DNA of 64,000 bases from Pseudomonadota bacterium (GTDB lineage: Bacteria; Myxococcota_A; UBA796; SXON01), in the NCBI GenBank assembly GCA_030685065.1, contig JAUXQH010000054.1, positions 120,280 to 184,279 of the forward strand, in the 5' to 3' direction. Shown here piece by piece: positions 27,677-36,774 of this stretch. Within the stretch, counting starts at the first letter, position 1. Each line of letters starts with the position of its first letter. The position numbers were made by a program, and so were the translations under genes. The notes below the pieces were generated by a model. That model searched no databases, was not told the DNA's origin, and saw only the letters and a list, made by a program, of their open reading frames with translations.

Positions 27677-28998
27677 TCCCGACCGTACTCGTCGCCGCCC
27701 CGTCTTCCGGCTCGGGCAAGACGACGGTGGTTTGCGCCCTCGCCGCCGCGCTTCGCGCCCGAGGCCTCGACGTCCGTACGTTCAAGGCCGGCCCCGACTA
27801 CCTCGATCCCACCTGGCATCGCGTCGTGACCGGGCGGACGTCGCGCAACCTCGACGGCTGGATGACCGGCCGCGACGGGGTCCTCGCCTCGTTCGCACGG
27901 GGCGCCCCCGGCGGCAAGGACGGCGGCGACATCGCGCTCATCGAGGGCGTGATGGGGCTCTTCGACGGGCGCTCGCCGCGCAGCCTCGAAGGGTCCGGCG
28001 CGGAGCTCGCGAAGTGGCTGAACGTGCCGGTGGTGGTCGTCGTGGACGCCGGCGGCATGGCGCGCACCGCCGCCGCCGTGGTCGCGGGGCTGGCGGGGTA
28101 CGAGCCGGGCGTCGACGTCACCGGGGTGATCTTCAACCGGGTCGGGAGCCCGGGCCACGGCTCGCTGCTCGCCGAAGCGATGGAGACCGTGCCGTCGGTG
28201 CGTTGTATCGGCTCCCTCGGGCGTCGCGAGGACCTCGCCGTTCCCGAGCGCCACCTGGGCCTGGTGACCGGAGACACCGCGGCGCGTCCGGGCTGGGCGG
28301 AGGACCTCGCGGCGTGGGCCGGGGCCCTCGATCTCGACGCGCTGCTCGCGATGGCGCGCGTGCCCGTGGTGCCGGCGTTCTCCCCGCCGTCCGCGGTGGG
28401 CCGGGTCCGGATCGGCCTCGCCCACGACGCCGCGTTCCACTTCTACTACGAGGACAACCTCGATCTGTTGCGGGAGGCCGGCGCGGAGCTCGTGCCCTTC
28501 TCGCCCCTCGCCGATTCCGCGCTTCCCGCCGACCTCGACGGCCTGTACCTCGGCGGTGGCTACCCCGAGGAGCACCGCGACGTGCTCTCGGCGAATGTGT
28601 CGATGCGTCACGCGATCCGGGCGTTCCCCGGGATGATCTACGCCGAGTGCGGCGGGCTCATGTACCTCGGTGACACATTGGACGGGGCGCCGATGTGTCA
28701 GGTGCTGCCCGTGCAGACGCGCATGACCGGTCGGCTGCGCACGCTGGGGTACCGCGAGGTCACCACGACGGCCGCCACGCCGCTCGGGCCCGCGGGTACG
28801 GTGTTTCGGGGACACGAGTTTCACTACTCGGAGCTCGCCGCGCCGCCGGCGCTCACGCCCGCCTTTCGGATGACCGGTCGGGGAGGGGAGGGGGTCGAGG
28901 GCTGGGCGAAGGGGAACGTGCTCGGCAGCTACGTCCACGCTCACTTCGGCTCCAACCCCGCGCTCGCGACGAACCTGGTGGCCGCATGCAAGCGCTGA
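27673..28998 (+). CDS. cbiA: Cobyrinate a,c-diamide synthase CbiA (CobB)
   Basis: VLVAAPSSGSGKTTVVCALAAALRARGL.V..FK.GPDYLDP, GVMGLFDG, and the glutamine-amidotransferase part GGGYPE...ECGGLMYL. Confidence 0.92.
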   Translation: MIPTVLVAAPSSGSGKTTVVCALAAALRARGLDVRTFKAGPDYLDPTWHRVVTGRTSRNLDGWMTGRDGVLASFARGAPGGKDGGDIALIEGVMGLFDGRSPRSLEGSGAELAKWLNVPVVVVVDAGGMARTAAAVVAGLAGYEPGVDVTGVIFNRVGSPGHGSLLAEAMETVPSVRCIGSLGRREDLAVPERHLGLVTGDTAARPGWAEDLAAWAGALDLDALLAMARVPVVPAFSPPSAVGRVRIGLAHDAAFHFYYEDNLDLLREAGAELVPFSPLADSALPADLDGLYLGGGYPEEHRDVLSANVSMRHAIRAFPGMIYAECGGLMYLGDTLDGAPMCQVLPVQTRMTGRLRTLGYREVTTTAATPLGPAGTVFRGHEFHYSELAAPPALTPAFRMTGRGGEGVEGWAKGNVLGSYVHAHFGSNPALATNLVAACKR

Positions 28999-30437
28999 TG
29001 GTCCAGGGCACCGGCAGCGGCGTCGGGAAGTCCTGGCTCTGTACCGCGCTCTGCCGCCTCGCCGCGCGGCGGGGGCTGCGGGTCGTCCCGTTCAAGGCCC
29101 AGAACATGAGCAACAACGCCGCCCCGGCGCGCATGCTCGACGGTGGCTGGGGCGAGATCGGGCGTGCGCAGGCCGCGCAAGCCTTCGCCTGCGGGCAGGA
29201 GCCGCACGTCGACATGAACCCGATCCTGCTCAAGCCGGTCAGCGAGCGAGGCTCGGAGGTCGTCGTCTCTGGCCGATCCGTAGGGACGATGCTGGCGCGG
29301 GACTATCGGGCCCGCCGCGCCGAGTGGTGGGAGGCGGTGACCGGGGCCTATGCCCGACTGGACGCCGATCTCGTGATCATCGAGGGCGCCGGCTCTCCCG
29401 CGGAGATCAACCTGCGGGCGGGCGATCTCGTGAACATGACGATGGCCCACCACGCGGACGCCCCAGTGCTGCTGGTGGGGGACATCGATCGCGGCGGCGT
29501 GTTCGCCGCTCTGTACGGCACGCTCGCGCTGCTCGACGAGGCCGACCGGGCGCGGGTCCGCGGCCTCCTCATCAACCGCTTCCGCGGCGACCCGGAGATC
29601 CTGCGTCCCGGCATCGCCCCGTTCGAGGCGCGGGTCGGGCTGCCGGTCCGCGGCGTCGTGCCCTACCGCCCCGACATCGCGATCGAGGAGGAGGACAGCC
29701 AGGACATCCGCTCCTCGGTAGGCACCGTGGACATCTGCGTGCTGCGCCTCCCGACCGTGGCGAACTTCACCGACCTCGGCGCGCTGGCCCGTGAGCCCGG
29801 CGTGGGCGTCCGCTACGAGATCGACGCCGAGCGCGTCGGTACTTCGGATCTGCTCGTTTTGCCTGGAAGCCGAGACACCGAGGCGGACATGCGGTGGATG
29901 CGGGCGCGCGGCCTCGATCGGGTGGTCCTCGCCGCGGCGGCACGGCAGACCCCGATTCTCGGCCTCTGCGGGGGCCTCCAGATGCTCGGTAGGCGGCTCG
30001 GCGACCAGGCTGGGCTCGATCTCCTGCCGGTCGAGACCGCCTACGCCGAAGAGAAGCGCGTCCGGCCGGTGGCGGGGCTCACGTGCGCGGGCTGGCTGCT
30101 CCCCGCGGGGCTGACGGTCGAGGGCTACGAGATCCACCATGGGCGCACCGCGTCCGTCTCGCCGCTCGTGCACCTGAAAACGCCGGATGGCGCGCCCGAC
30201 GGCGCCATCCAGGGCCTCGTCGCGGGCACCTACCTCCACGGCCTGCTCGACAGCGCTCCGGTTCGGCAGGCGCTGGTCGCGGCGCTTCGGGTCCGCCGCG
30301 GGCTCGACTCGGCCGCCCCCTCGCCCGAGCGGGATCGCCTCGCTGCGTGCGACGCCGCGGCGGACCTGGTCGAGCGCCATGTCGACCTCACCGGGCTCCT
30401 CCCAGCTGCGAAAGTCTCGGGCGGGAGGGCCGCATGA
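28986..30437 (+). CDS. cobQ: Cobyric acid synthase CobQ (CbiP)
   Basis: LMVQGTGSGVGKSWLCTALCRL.A.RGL.V.PFKAQNMSNNA, IIEGAGSPAEINL, LINRFRGD, GLCGGLQMLG. 13-nt overlap with cbiA. Confidence 0.92.
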   Translation: MQALMVQGTGSGVGKSWLCTALCRLAARRGLRVVPFKAQNMSNNAAPARMLDGGWGEIGRAQAAQAFACGQEPHVDMNPILLKPVSERGSEVVVSGRSVGTMLARDYRARRAEWWEAVTGAYARLDADLVIIEGAGSPAEINLRAGDLVNMTMAHHADAPVLLVGDIDRGGVFAALYGTLALLDEADRARVRGLLINRFRGDPEILRPGIAPFEARVGLPVRGVVPYRPDIAIEEEDSQDIRSSVGTVDICVLRLPTVANFTDLGALAREPGVGVRYEIDAERVGTSDLLVLPGSRDTEADMRWMRARGLDRVVLAAAARQTPILGLCGGLQMLGRRLGDQAGLDLLPVETAYAEEKRVRPVAGLTCAGWLLPAGLTVEGYEIHHGRTASVSPLVHLKTPDGAPDGAIQGLVAGTYLHGLLDSAPVRQALVAALRVRRGLDSAAPSPERDRLAACDAAADLVERHVDLTGLLPAAKVSGGRAA

Positions 30438-31600
30438 GGGTCCTCGCGCTCCTCGGCCACGGCTCCCGCAAGAGCGACGGAAATGCCGAGATCCACACCC
30501 TCGCCGCGCGCCTCCCGGGGAGCGTGACGGTCGGCTTCATCGAGCTGGCGACCCCGAGCGCGGAGCAGGCGTTGGACGCGGCCGTCGCCGCCGGCGCCGA
30601 CGAGGTCGTCGCAATCCCGGCCGTGCTCCTCGCCGCCGCGCACGCCAAGAACGACGTCCCGCTCGCCATCGCCCGGGCCCGTCTCCGGCATCCCGGCGTG
30701 CGCTTCTTCGCCGCGCGGCCGCTCGGGGTGCACCCGGGGATGGTGCGGGCGCTGGCCGATCGGTTCGCCGAGGCGCGGCAGGGCGCGCCCGAGGAGCCGC
30801 CCGAACGCACGACGGTCCTGCTCGTCGGCCGGGGATCGTCCGATCCCGACGCGAACGCCGACCTCCACAAGATCGCCCGGCTCTTTGCCGAGCGTCGCGG
30901 CCTGCTCGACGTCGAGGTCGCCTACGTCGGCGTGACCACCCCCAACATCGAAGACGCCCTGGTCGCGCTGCTGGCTCGCCGCCCGCGCGCGCTCGTGGTG
31001 CTCCCGTACCTGCTCTACCCGGGCGTGCTCGCCGACCGCCTCCGCGCCCAGATCGCGGAGTTCGCGGTGCTCCATCCGCGCCTCTCCGTCGCGATGGCGG
31101 GCCCGGTCGGAACGCACCCCGCGATCGTGGACGTGCTGCTGGAGCGGGTCGAAGAGGCGGTCGCCGGGACGGGCGGCATGGCCTGTGACGCGTGCAAGTA
31201 CCGCGTGCCGCTCGAGGGCTTCGCCCAGGACCTCGGCGGCACCCAGGCGCTGCGCAAGGCCGCGGCGCACCTGACCCTTCCGGTCGATGCCCCCACGCAC
31301 AGCCACGTCCCGCCGAAGCGCCACGTGCTGGTCTGTGTCAACCGCGACTGCGCCGACCGCGGCAGCGTCAACGTCCTCCTCGCCCTGCGCTCCCGCCTGC
31401 GGGACGCCGGGTTGGATCGCGCCGTCCGCACCACGAGGGTGATGTGCATGGGCCGATGTGGCGAGGGGCCGGTCGTCGCCGTGTACCCCGACGGCGTCTG
31501 GTACCGGCGCGTCACGATGGACGATGTCCCCGAGCTCTTCACCTCCCACCTCGTCGAGGACCGGCCCGTCGGCCGGCTCATCGACCTTGTCCTCGGATGA
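30434..31600 (+). CDS. cbiX: Long-form CbiX (two sirohydrochlorin cobaltochelatase domains) fused to a C-terminal thioredoxin-like [2Fe-2S] ferredoxin domain
   Basis: Duplicated CbiX pattern (LLGHGSR...; LLVGRGSSDPDAN...PYLLYPGV). A CDAC linker is followed by HVLVCVNRDCADRGS...VMCMGRCGEGPVVAVYPDGVWY, the C-x4-C...C-x3-C pattern of NuoE-type ferredoxins. ATGA overlap with cobQ. Confidence 0.85.
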   Translation: MRVLALLGHGSRKSDGNAEIHTLAARLPGSVTVGFIELATPSAEQALDAAVAAGADEVVAIPAVLLAAAHAKNDVPLAIARARLRHPGVRFFAARPLGVHPGMVRALADRFAEARQGAPEEPPERTTVLLVGRGSSDPDANADLHKIARLFAERRGLLDVEVAYVGVTTPNIEDALVALLARRPRALVVLPYLLYPGVLADRLRAQIAEFAVLHPRLSVAMAGPVGTHPAIVDVLLERVEEAVAGTGGMACDACKYRVPLEGFAQDLGGTQALRKAAAHLTLPVDAPTHSHVPPKRHVLVCVNRDCADRGSVNVLLALRSRLRDAGLDRAVRTTRVMCMGRCGEGPVVAVYPDGVWYRRVTMDDVPELFTSHLVEDRPVGRLIDLVLG

Positions 31601-32019
31601 AAACCATGGCTTGCCACGAGATCGCCGCCCTTCGCATTTCCCTCCACACCCTGCTCGGCACCCGTCCCGCCGCGGAGCTCACCCACGAGATCGCCGAGGT
31701 CGGCCCGCTCCTCGAGGTCGACGGCCCGCTCCGCCGCCTGTCCGAAGCGCGTGACTTCGCCGCCATCCGTCGGGCCCTCGAGGCCTCGGCGAGCGAGCTG
31801 GAGGCCCGCGTCACCGCGATGTCGACCGACGATCCCCTGCTGGGCTACCACCGCGCCCTCGTCGTGACCGTGCGCGGCGTGCTTCGCGACGTCGAGCGGA
31901 CCGCGGCGCAGCTCGAGCGCTTCTACCTGGACATCGAGGACACGCACGATCTGTTGCACGAGGTGTTCCCGGGCTCGGACGACCCGGGCTCGGACGAAGC
32001 TGGACCCGAGCATGTCTGA
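31597..32019 (+). CDS. Hypothetical, predicted all-helical 140-aa protein inside the B12 operon
   Basis: ATGA overlap with the cbiX stop and an 8-nt overlap with the next gene. Normal composition (MKTMACHEIAALRISLHTLLG...ERFYLDIEDTHDLLHEVF). No family recognised. Confidence 0.6.
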   Translation: MKTMACHEIAALRISLHTLLGTRPAAELTHEIAEVGPLLEVDGPLRRLSEARDFAAIRRALEASASELEARVTAMSTDDPLLGYHRALVVTVRGVLRDVERTAAQLERFYLDIEDTHDLLHEVFPGSDDPGSDEAGPEHV

Positions 32020-32644
32020 GGTCCGCACGGCCACGGTGCTCGAGGCAACCCCCGGCGAGCGGTTCCACACCGTCTACGCCGAGGCCGAGCTGCCCCTCGG
32101 GGCCCTCCCCGGCCAGTGGGGCGCGTTCCACACGGATCTGTCGAACCCGCTGAGGCCGGGGCAGACGCTGCGCCGGGCGTGGTCGTTCGCCGAGCTGGAG
32201 GGGGAGCGACGGTTTCGGCTGTTCGTGGCGACGGTAGGGCCGTCCACTCGGTGGCTTGCGGCGCAGGGAGCCGGAGTGACTCTCCGGTTCACCGGGCCCT
32301 GGGGCTCGCGCTTCAAGCTCGACGACGGCCAAGGCCCCGCTGCCTTCTTCGCCGCCGGATCGGGGATCTCGCCGCTCGGAGCGATGGTGGACGCCTGCCT
32401 CGCGCGCGGCCGGCAGGTTCGCCTGTGCTGGGAGACAGCCGAGCCGTCGATGCAAGCGCGGATCGACGGCTGGCGCGCGGCCGGCGTCGAGGTCGACGTG
32501 GGGCCTCGGTTGGCGCCCACCCCCACCGCGGCGACGTGGTGGCTCGCGGGGGACGGCCCGCGCCTCGACGAGGTCAACGACGTGTTGGGCGCGCCGCCCG
32601 AGCGCGTCGAGCGCTTCTACACCCCGCAGCCGAGCGCTCCATGA
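32012..32644 (+). CDS. Ferredoxin-NADP reductase-like (FNR superfamily) flavoprotein, short form (210 aa)
   Basis: FAD motif R-x-[YW]-S is RRAWSF. NAD(P) motif is FFAAGSGISPLGAMV, with the FNR-like order of beta-barrel then Rossmann half. Overlaps both neighbours. Confidence 0.75.
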   Translation: MSEVRTATVLEATPGERFHTVYAEAELPLGALPGQWGAFHTDLSNPLRPGQTLRRAWSFAELEGERRFRLFVATVGPSTRWLAAQGAGVTLRFTGPWGSRFKLDDGQGPAAFFAAGSGISPLGAMVDACLARGRQVRLCWETAEPSMQARIDGWRAAGVEVDVGPRLAPTPTAATWWLAGDGPRLDEVNDVLGAPPERVERFYTPQPSAP

Positions 32645-33384
32645 GCGGCGTGGTGGCGATCATCGGCGCCGGCCCCGGCGATCCGGGGCTCCTCACCGTG
32701 CGTGCGCGGGAGCTCCTGGATGGGGCAGAGGTGGTGGTCCACGACGCGCTCGTGTCGGCCGAGATCCTCCGCTCGATCCCGGCGCGCGTGGAGCGCGTCG
32801 ACGTCGGAAAGCGGCGGGGAAAGCACCTCGCCGAGCAGGACGAGATCAACCAGACCCTCGTGCGGCTCGGGCGCGAGGGCAAGCGCGTGGTCCGGCTCAA
32901 GGGCGGGGATCCGCTCCTGTTCGGGCGGGGCGGCGAGGAGATGCTCGCGCTCAAGGAAGCCGGCATTCCCTACATCGTCGTCCCCGGGATCAGCTCGGCG
33001 CTGGCGGGGCCGGCGATGGCCGGGATCCCGGTCACGCACCGGACCATGGCGGCCGCCGTGACCATCGTGACCGGCCACGAGTGCGAGGCGCTGGTGCGGG
33101 ATCCGCTGCGTTGGCGGGCGATGGTCGAGAGCGGCCACACCCTGGTCATCCTCATGGGGCTCAACAACCTCGAAGAGCTGGCGCGCCGGCTCATCGACGC
33201 GGGGCGGCCCGGCGACACCCCGGCCGCCGTCGTCCAGGAAGCCACGACTCCGCGCGAGCGGTTCGTGCACGGCACTCTGGCGGACATCGCCAGACGCGTG
33301 GCGGACGCCGGGATTGGCGCGCCCGCGACCATCGTGATCGGCGCCGTCGCCGGGCTTGCCGCGGAGCTCGCATGGCGGACATGA
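32641..33384 (+). CDS. cobA: Uroporphyrinogen-III C-methyltransferase (SUMT, CobA/CysG-A)
   Basis: VAIIGAGPGDPGLLTVRA..LL..AEVVVHD.LV, RLKGGDPLLFGRGGEE, VVPGISSALAGPAMAGIPVTHR. Confidence 0.92.
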   Translation: MSGVVAIIGAGPGDPGLLTVRARELLDGAEVVVHDALVSAEILRSIPARVERVDVGKRRGKHLAEQDEINQTLVRLGREGKRVVRLKGGDPLLFGRGGEEMLALKEAGIPYIVVPGISSALAGPAMAGIPVTHRTMAAAVTIVTGHECEALVRDPLRWRAMVESGHTLVILMGLNNLEELARRLIDAGRPGDTPAAVVQEATTPRERFVHGTLADIARRVADAGIGAPATIVIGAVAGLAAELAWRT

Positions 33385-35087
33385 GCTTCGATCCCGCCGA
33401 GCGCGCCGCGGTGTACCGGGCGATCCACACCCGCCGAGACGTCCGCTCCTACCTCCCGGACGCGGTTCCCGGGGACGTACTTGCCCGGGTGCTCGACGCG
33501 GCCCATCACGCCCCGTCGGTCGGCTTCATGCAGCCGTGGAACTTCCTGCTCGTGGAGGATCCGCTCCTGCGGCGGAACGTCTACGACCACGTCCGTGCCT
33601 GCTCGATCGCGGCGGGCTCGACCTATGTCGACACCTCCGGAGCCGGTGGACCAGGCGATCGCGCCGCCACCTACGCCGCGCTCAAGCTGCAGGGCATCCT
33701 CGACGCGCCGCTCAACCTGATCGTGACCTGTGATCCCGATCGCGGCGGAAACGTGCTCGGCCGCCACACGATGCGTGAGACCGACGCCTACTCCACGTGC
33801 CTCGCCGTGCAGAACCTCTGGCTCGCCGCCCGCGCCGAGGGCCTCGGGGTGGGGTGGGTCAGCATCCTAAAGCCCGAGGCGATCCGCGGGATGTTCGGGA
33901 TCCCCGAGCGGGTCCTCGTCATCGCCTACCTGACGCTCGGCTGGCCGGTCGAGCTCGCGCCCGAGCCGATGCTGCAGTCCGTCGGCTGGCGCGCGCGACT
34001 CCCACTGCGCGAGCTGGTGTTCCGCGACCGGTGGGAGGCCTCCGCCACTCTCCCGTCCACCCGCGAGCCGCCGCCGAGCGTGCCGGCGCCGACCGCCGCC
34101 GAGCAGCGCAACGCCCAGCTCACCAAGCCGCCGGGCAGCCTAGGCCGCCTCGAGCTCGCGGCCCTCCAGGTCGCGACGGTGCAGCGGGTGTCCTACCCAC
34201 GCTGGCAGCGCAAGGCGCTGGTGCTCTGCGCGGGCGATCACGGGGTGGTGGAGGAGGGGGTCAGCGCCTATCGCCGCGAGGTGACGGCGCGGATGGTGAT
34301 CCAGTTCGTCGCCGGCGGAGCGGCCATCAACGCCTTCGCACGCCAGTACGGGATCGCGCTGACCATCGCGGATCTGGGGGTCGACCACGACTTCCGGGAC
34401 GCGGACGGAAACGTCGCGACCGGCATCGTGAACGCGAAGGTGCGCCGGGGCACCCGGAACCTCGCGGTGGAGGACGCCATGACGAGCGAGGAGTGCGCCG
34501 CCGCGATCGCCGCGGGCCGCCGCCTGGTCCCCGACTGCGATCTCCTCGCCGTCGGCGAGATGGGCATCGGCAACAGCACGAGCGCCGCGGCGATGGCGTG
34601 CGCTCTCCTCGGCGAGCCCCCCGAAGCCATCGTCGGCCGCGGAACCGGCATCGGCGCGGAGACGTGGAGTCGCAAGGTAGACGCCGTTCGGCGTGGCGTC
34701 GCGCGGGGTGGAGACGTGCTCTGCGCGCTCGGCGGATACGAGATCGCGGGGCTCGTCGGGGTCATCGACGAGGCGGCGCTCCGCGGGATCCCGGTCCTGC
34801 TCGACGGCTTCATCACCGGCGTGGCGGCCCTCGAAGCGGTGCGCCGACGCCCCGCGGTGCAGGAGGCCCTCCTGGCCGGGCACCGATCCGCGGAGGCGGG
34901 CCATGCCCGGGTGCTCGACGCGCTCGGCCTGGTCCCGCTGCTCGACCTGGGGATGCGGCTCGGCGAGGGCAGCGGCGCCGCGCTCGCGATCGGGCTGGTC
35001 GAGGCCGCGTGCCGGACGCTCTCGGAGATGCGCACGTTCGACGAGGCCGGGATCGAGGACGCCGTCGCGCCGGGGGGGCGCGCGTGA
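33372..35087 (+). CDS. bluB-cobT: Fusion of BluB (5,6-dimethylbenzimidazole synthase, nitroreductase fold) and CobT (nicotinate-nucleotide:DMB phosphoribosyltransferase)
   Basis: N-terminal half: AVYRAIHTRRDVRSYLPD.VP......VLDAAHHAPSVGFMQPWNFLLV, LGVGWVSI. C-terminal half: LTKPPGSLGRLE..A.Q.A, CAGDHGV..EGVSAY....T..M...F..GGAAIN, GEMGIGNST, LDL.MRLGEGSGAALA. Alternative start at 33381 (ATGA). Confidence 0.9.
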   Translation: MADMSFDPAERAAVYRAIHTRRDVRSYLPDAVPGDVLARVLDAAHHAPSVGFMQPWNFLLVEDPLLRRNVYDHVRACSIAAGSTYVDTSGAGGPGDRAATYAALKLQGILDAPLNLIVTCDPDRGGNVLGRHTMRETDAYSTCLAVQNLWLAARAEGLGVGWVSILKPEAIRGMFGIPERVLVIAYLTLGWPVELAPEPMLQSVGWRARLPLRELVFRDRWEASATLPSTREPPPSVPAPTAAEQRNAQLTKPPGSLGRLELAALQVATVQRVSYPRWQRKALVLCAGDHGVVEEGVSAYRREVTARMVIQFVAGGAAINAFARQYGIALTIADLGVDHDFRDADGNVATGIVNAKVRRGTRNLAVEDAMTSEECAAAIAAGRRLVPDCDLLAVGEMGIGNSTSAAAMACALLGEPPEAIVGRGTGIGAETWSRKVDAVRRGVARGGDVLCALGGYEIAGLVGVIDEAALRGIPVLLDGFITGVAALEAVRRRPAVQEALLAGHRSAEAGHARVLDALGLVPLLDLGMRLGEGSGAALAIGLVEAACRTLSEMRTFDEAGIEDAVAPGGRA

Positions 35088-35857
35088 TGTGGCTCCTTGC
35101 CTGCGTGGCGACGCCGCCGCCCACTGGGCCGCGCGTCGTGAGCCTGCACGACACGACCACCGAGATCGTCGTGGGGCTCGGCCACGCAGGCGATCTGATC
35201 GCGATCACCGAGCCGCGGTTCCTCTCTCCCGAGGCCGAGGCCGCGGTGCGCGACGTGCCCCGGCTTCCCTCCGGGCCGGTGTCCGAGGAGGCGATCCTCG
35301 CGCTTCACCCCACCCGCGTGCTCGGGACCGACGTCGTCACCGAGCAGCAGCCCGAGCTGGCCGATCTGCCGGGCGCCGTGTGGATCGATCCCGCCGGCCT
35401 CGCGGGCCTCTGGACGGAGATCGGCGCCGTGGCCGCCGCGGTGGACGCCGCGCCCGAGGCCTACGTCGCCCGCCTCCAGGCCCAACTACCGGCGCCGGTC
35501 GTCGGCGACGTACCCGTGTTCCTCTACGACTGCTGCGATCCGCCGTTCACGATGGGCGGACGCGCGCCGCTCGGGGAGCTCCTCACGCGGCTCGGCGCGC
35601 ACAACCTCTTCACCGATCTCGACACCGATTGGGCCCATGTCGGCTGGGAGGCCGTCGCGGCGCGGCGCCCGGCGCTCGTCGTCGTGAGCGACTACGCGTG
35701 GAAGGGCCAGGCCGACACCGACGCGAAGATCGCCTCCGTGCGCGCCCACCTCGGCGATGTGCCCACGATCACCCTGCCGCTCGCGCTCGCGCTCGAGGGG
35801 GCGCGGATCGTCGAGGCGGCCGACCGGCTGCGCCCCGCGATCGAAGCGGCGCGATGA
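35087..35857 (+). CDS. Periplasmic binding lipoprotein of a BtuF/FhuD-type (cluster A) ABC importer
   Basis: Leader is MWLLAC. RVVSLHDTTTEIVVGLG..GDLIAIT is typical of BtuF-like binding proteins. TGATG overlap with bluB-cobT. Confidence 0.8.
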   Translation: MWLLACVATPPPTGPRVVSLHDTTTEIVVGLGHAGDLIAITEPRFLSPEAEAAVRDVPRLPSGPVSEEAILALHPTRVLGTDVVTEQQPELADLPGAVWIDPAGLAGLWTEIGAVAAAVDAAPEAYVARLQAQLPAPVVGDVPVFLYDCCDPPFTMGGRAPLGELLTRLGAHNLFTDLDTDWAHVGWEAVAARRPALVVVSDYAWKGQADTDAKIASVRAHLGDVPTITLPLALALEGARIVEAADRLRPAIEAAR

Positions 35858-36774
35858 AGCTCGCGTGGCTGGCGTTGCTGCTGGTGATCCCGCTCGCCCT
35901 CGGGGTGGGGCCCGCCGGCGTCGATCCGGCCGTGATCGTAGCGCTGCGCCTGCCGCGGGTCGCCGGGGCCGTCGTGGGCGGAGCGGGGCTCGCCCTCGCG
36001 GGAGTGCTCATGCAGACGCTCCTCCGGAACGCGCTCGCGGAGCCCTTCGTGTTGGGGATGTCGAGCGGTGCCGCGCTCGGGGCCGTGCTCGCGGTGCTCG
36101 TCGCGCCGATGGTGCCGCCCGCGCTCCCCGCGGCGGTCGGCGCCCTCGCGGCCGCCTCGCTGGTCGGGGGCCTCGCCCAAGGCACCGGGGCGACCCGGCT
36201 CCTCCTCTCGGGGGTGGCGGTCGCCTCGGTGCTGGGCGCGGCGACGGCGCTCCTGTTGCAGCTCGCGCCGGACGCGAGCGTGGTGCGCGCGGCGCTGTTC
36301 TGGACGGCGGGAAGCCTCGCGAGCGTCTCGCTCCCGGGGGCGGGCGTCGCGGGCTGCCTGGTGGTGGCCGGCACGGCGTGGGCGATCCGCGTCGCGCCCT
36401 CGCTCGACCGCCTGCTCCTGGGGGAGGACACCGCCGCTGCCCTCGGCGTCGACGTCGGCCGCGTGCGCGTGGCGCTCATCGTGCTCGGATCGGCGCTGAC
36501 CGGGGCGCTCGTCGCGATGGCGGGGCCGATCGGGTTCGTCGGGCTCGCGGCGCCGCACCTCGCCCGCATGCGCGTGGGCGCGCTCCACCGCCCGCTCGTC
36601 GGGATCGTGCTCCCGTTGGGTGCCCTCCTGCTGCTCGGCGCGGACACGCTCGGACGCACGCTGGCGACGCCCCGCGAGCTGCCGGTCGGGCTCGTCACCG
36701 CCGCGGTCGGCGGGCCCTTCTTCCTCTGGCTCCTGCGCGGCCGCGCCTACCAATTCGGGGAGGCCGGATGCTGA
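35854..36774 (+). CDS. FecCD/BtuC-family ABC permease
   Basis: RLPRV..A..VGAGLALAGVLMQ.LLRN.LAEP..LG.SSGA and the C-terminal P.E.PVG..TA..GGPFFLWLL. Confidence 0.9.
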   Translation: MKLAWLALLLVIPLALGVGPAGVDPAVIVALRLPRVAGAVVGGAGLALAGVLMQTLLRNALAEPFVLGMSSGAALGAVLAVLVAPMVPPALPAAVGALAAASLVGGLAQGTGATRLLLSGVAVASVLGAATALLLQLAPDASVVRAALFWTAGSLASVSLPGAGVAGCLVVAGTAWAIRVAPSLDRLLLGEDTAAALGVDVGRVRVALIVLGSALTGALVAMAGPIGFVGLAAPHLARMRVGALHRPLVGIVLPLGALLLLGADTLGRTLATPRELPVGLVTAAVGGPFFLWLLRGRAYQFGEAGC

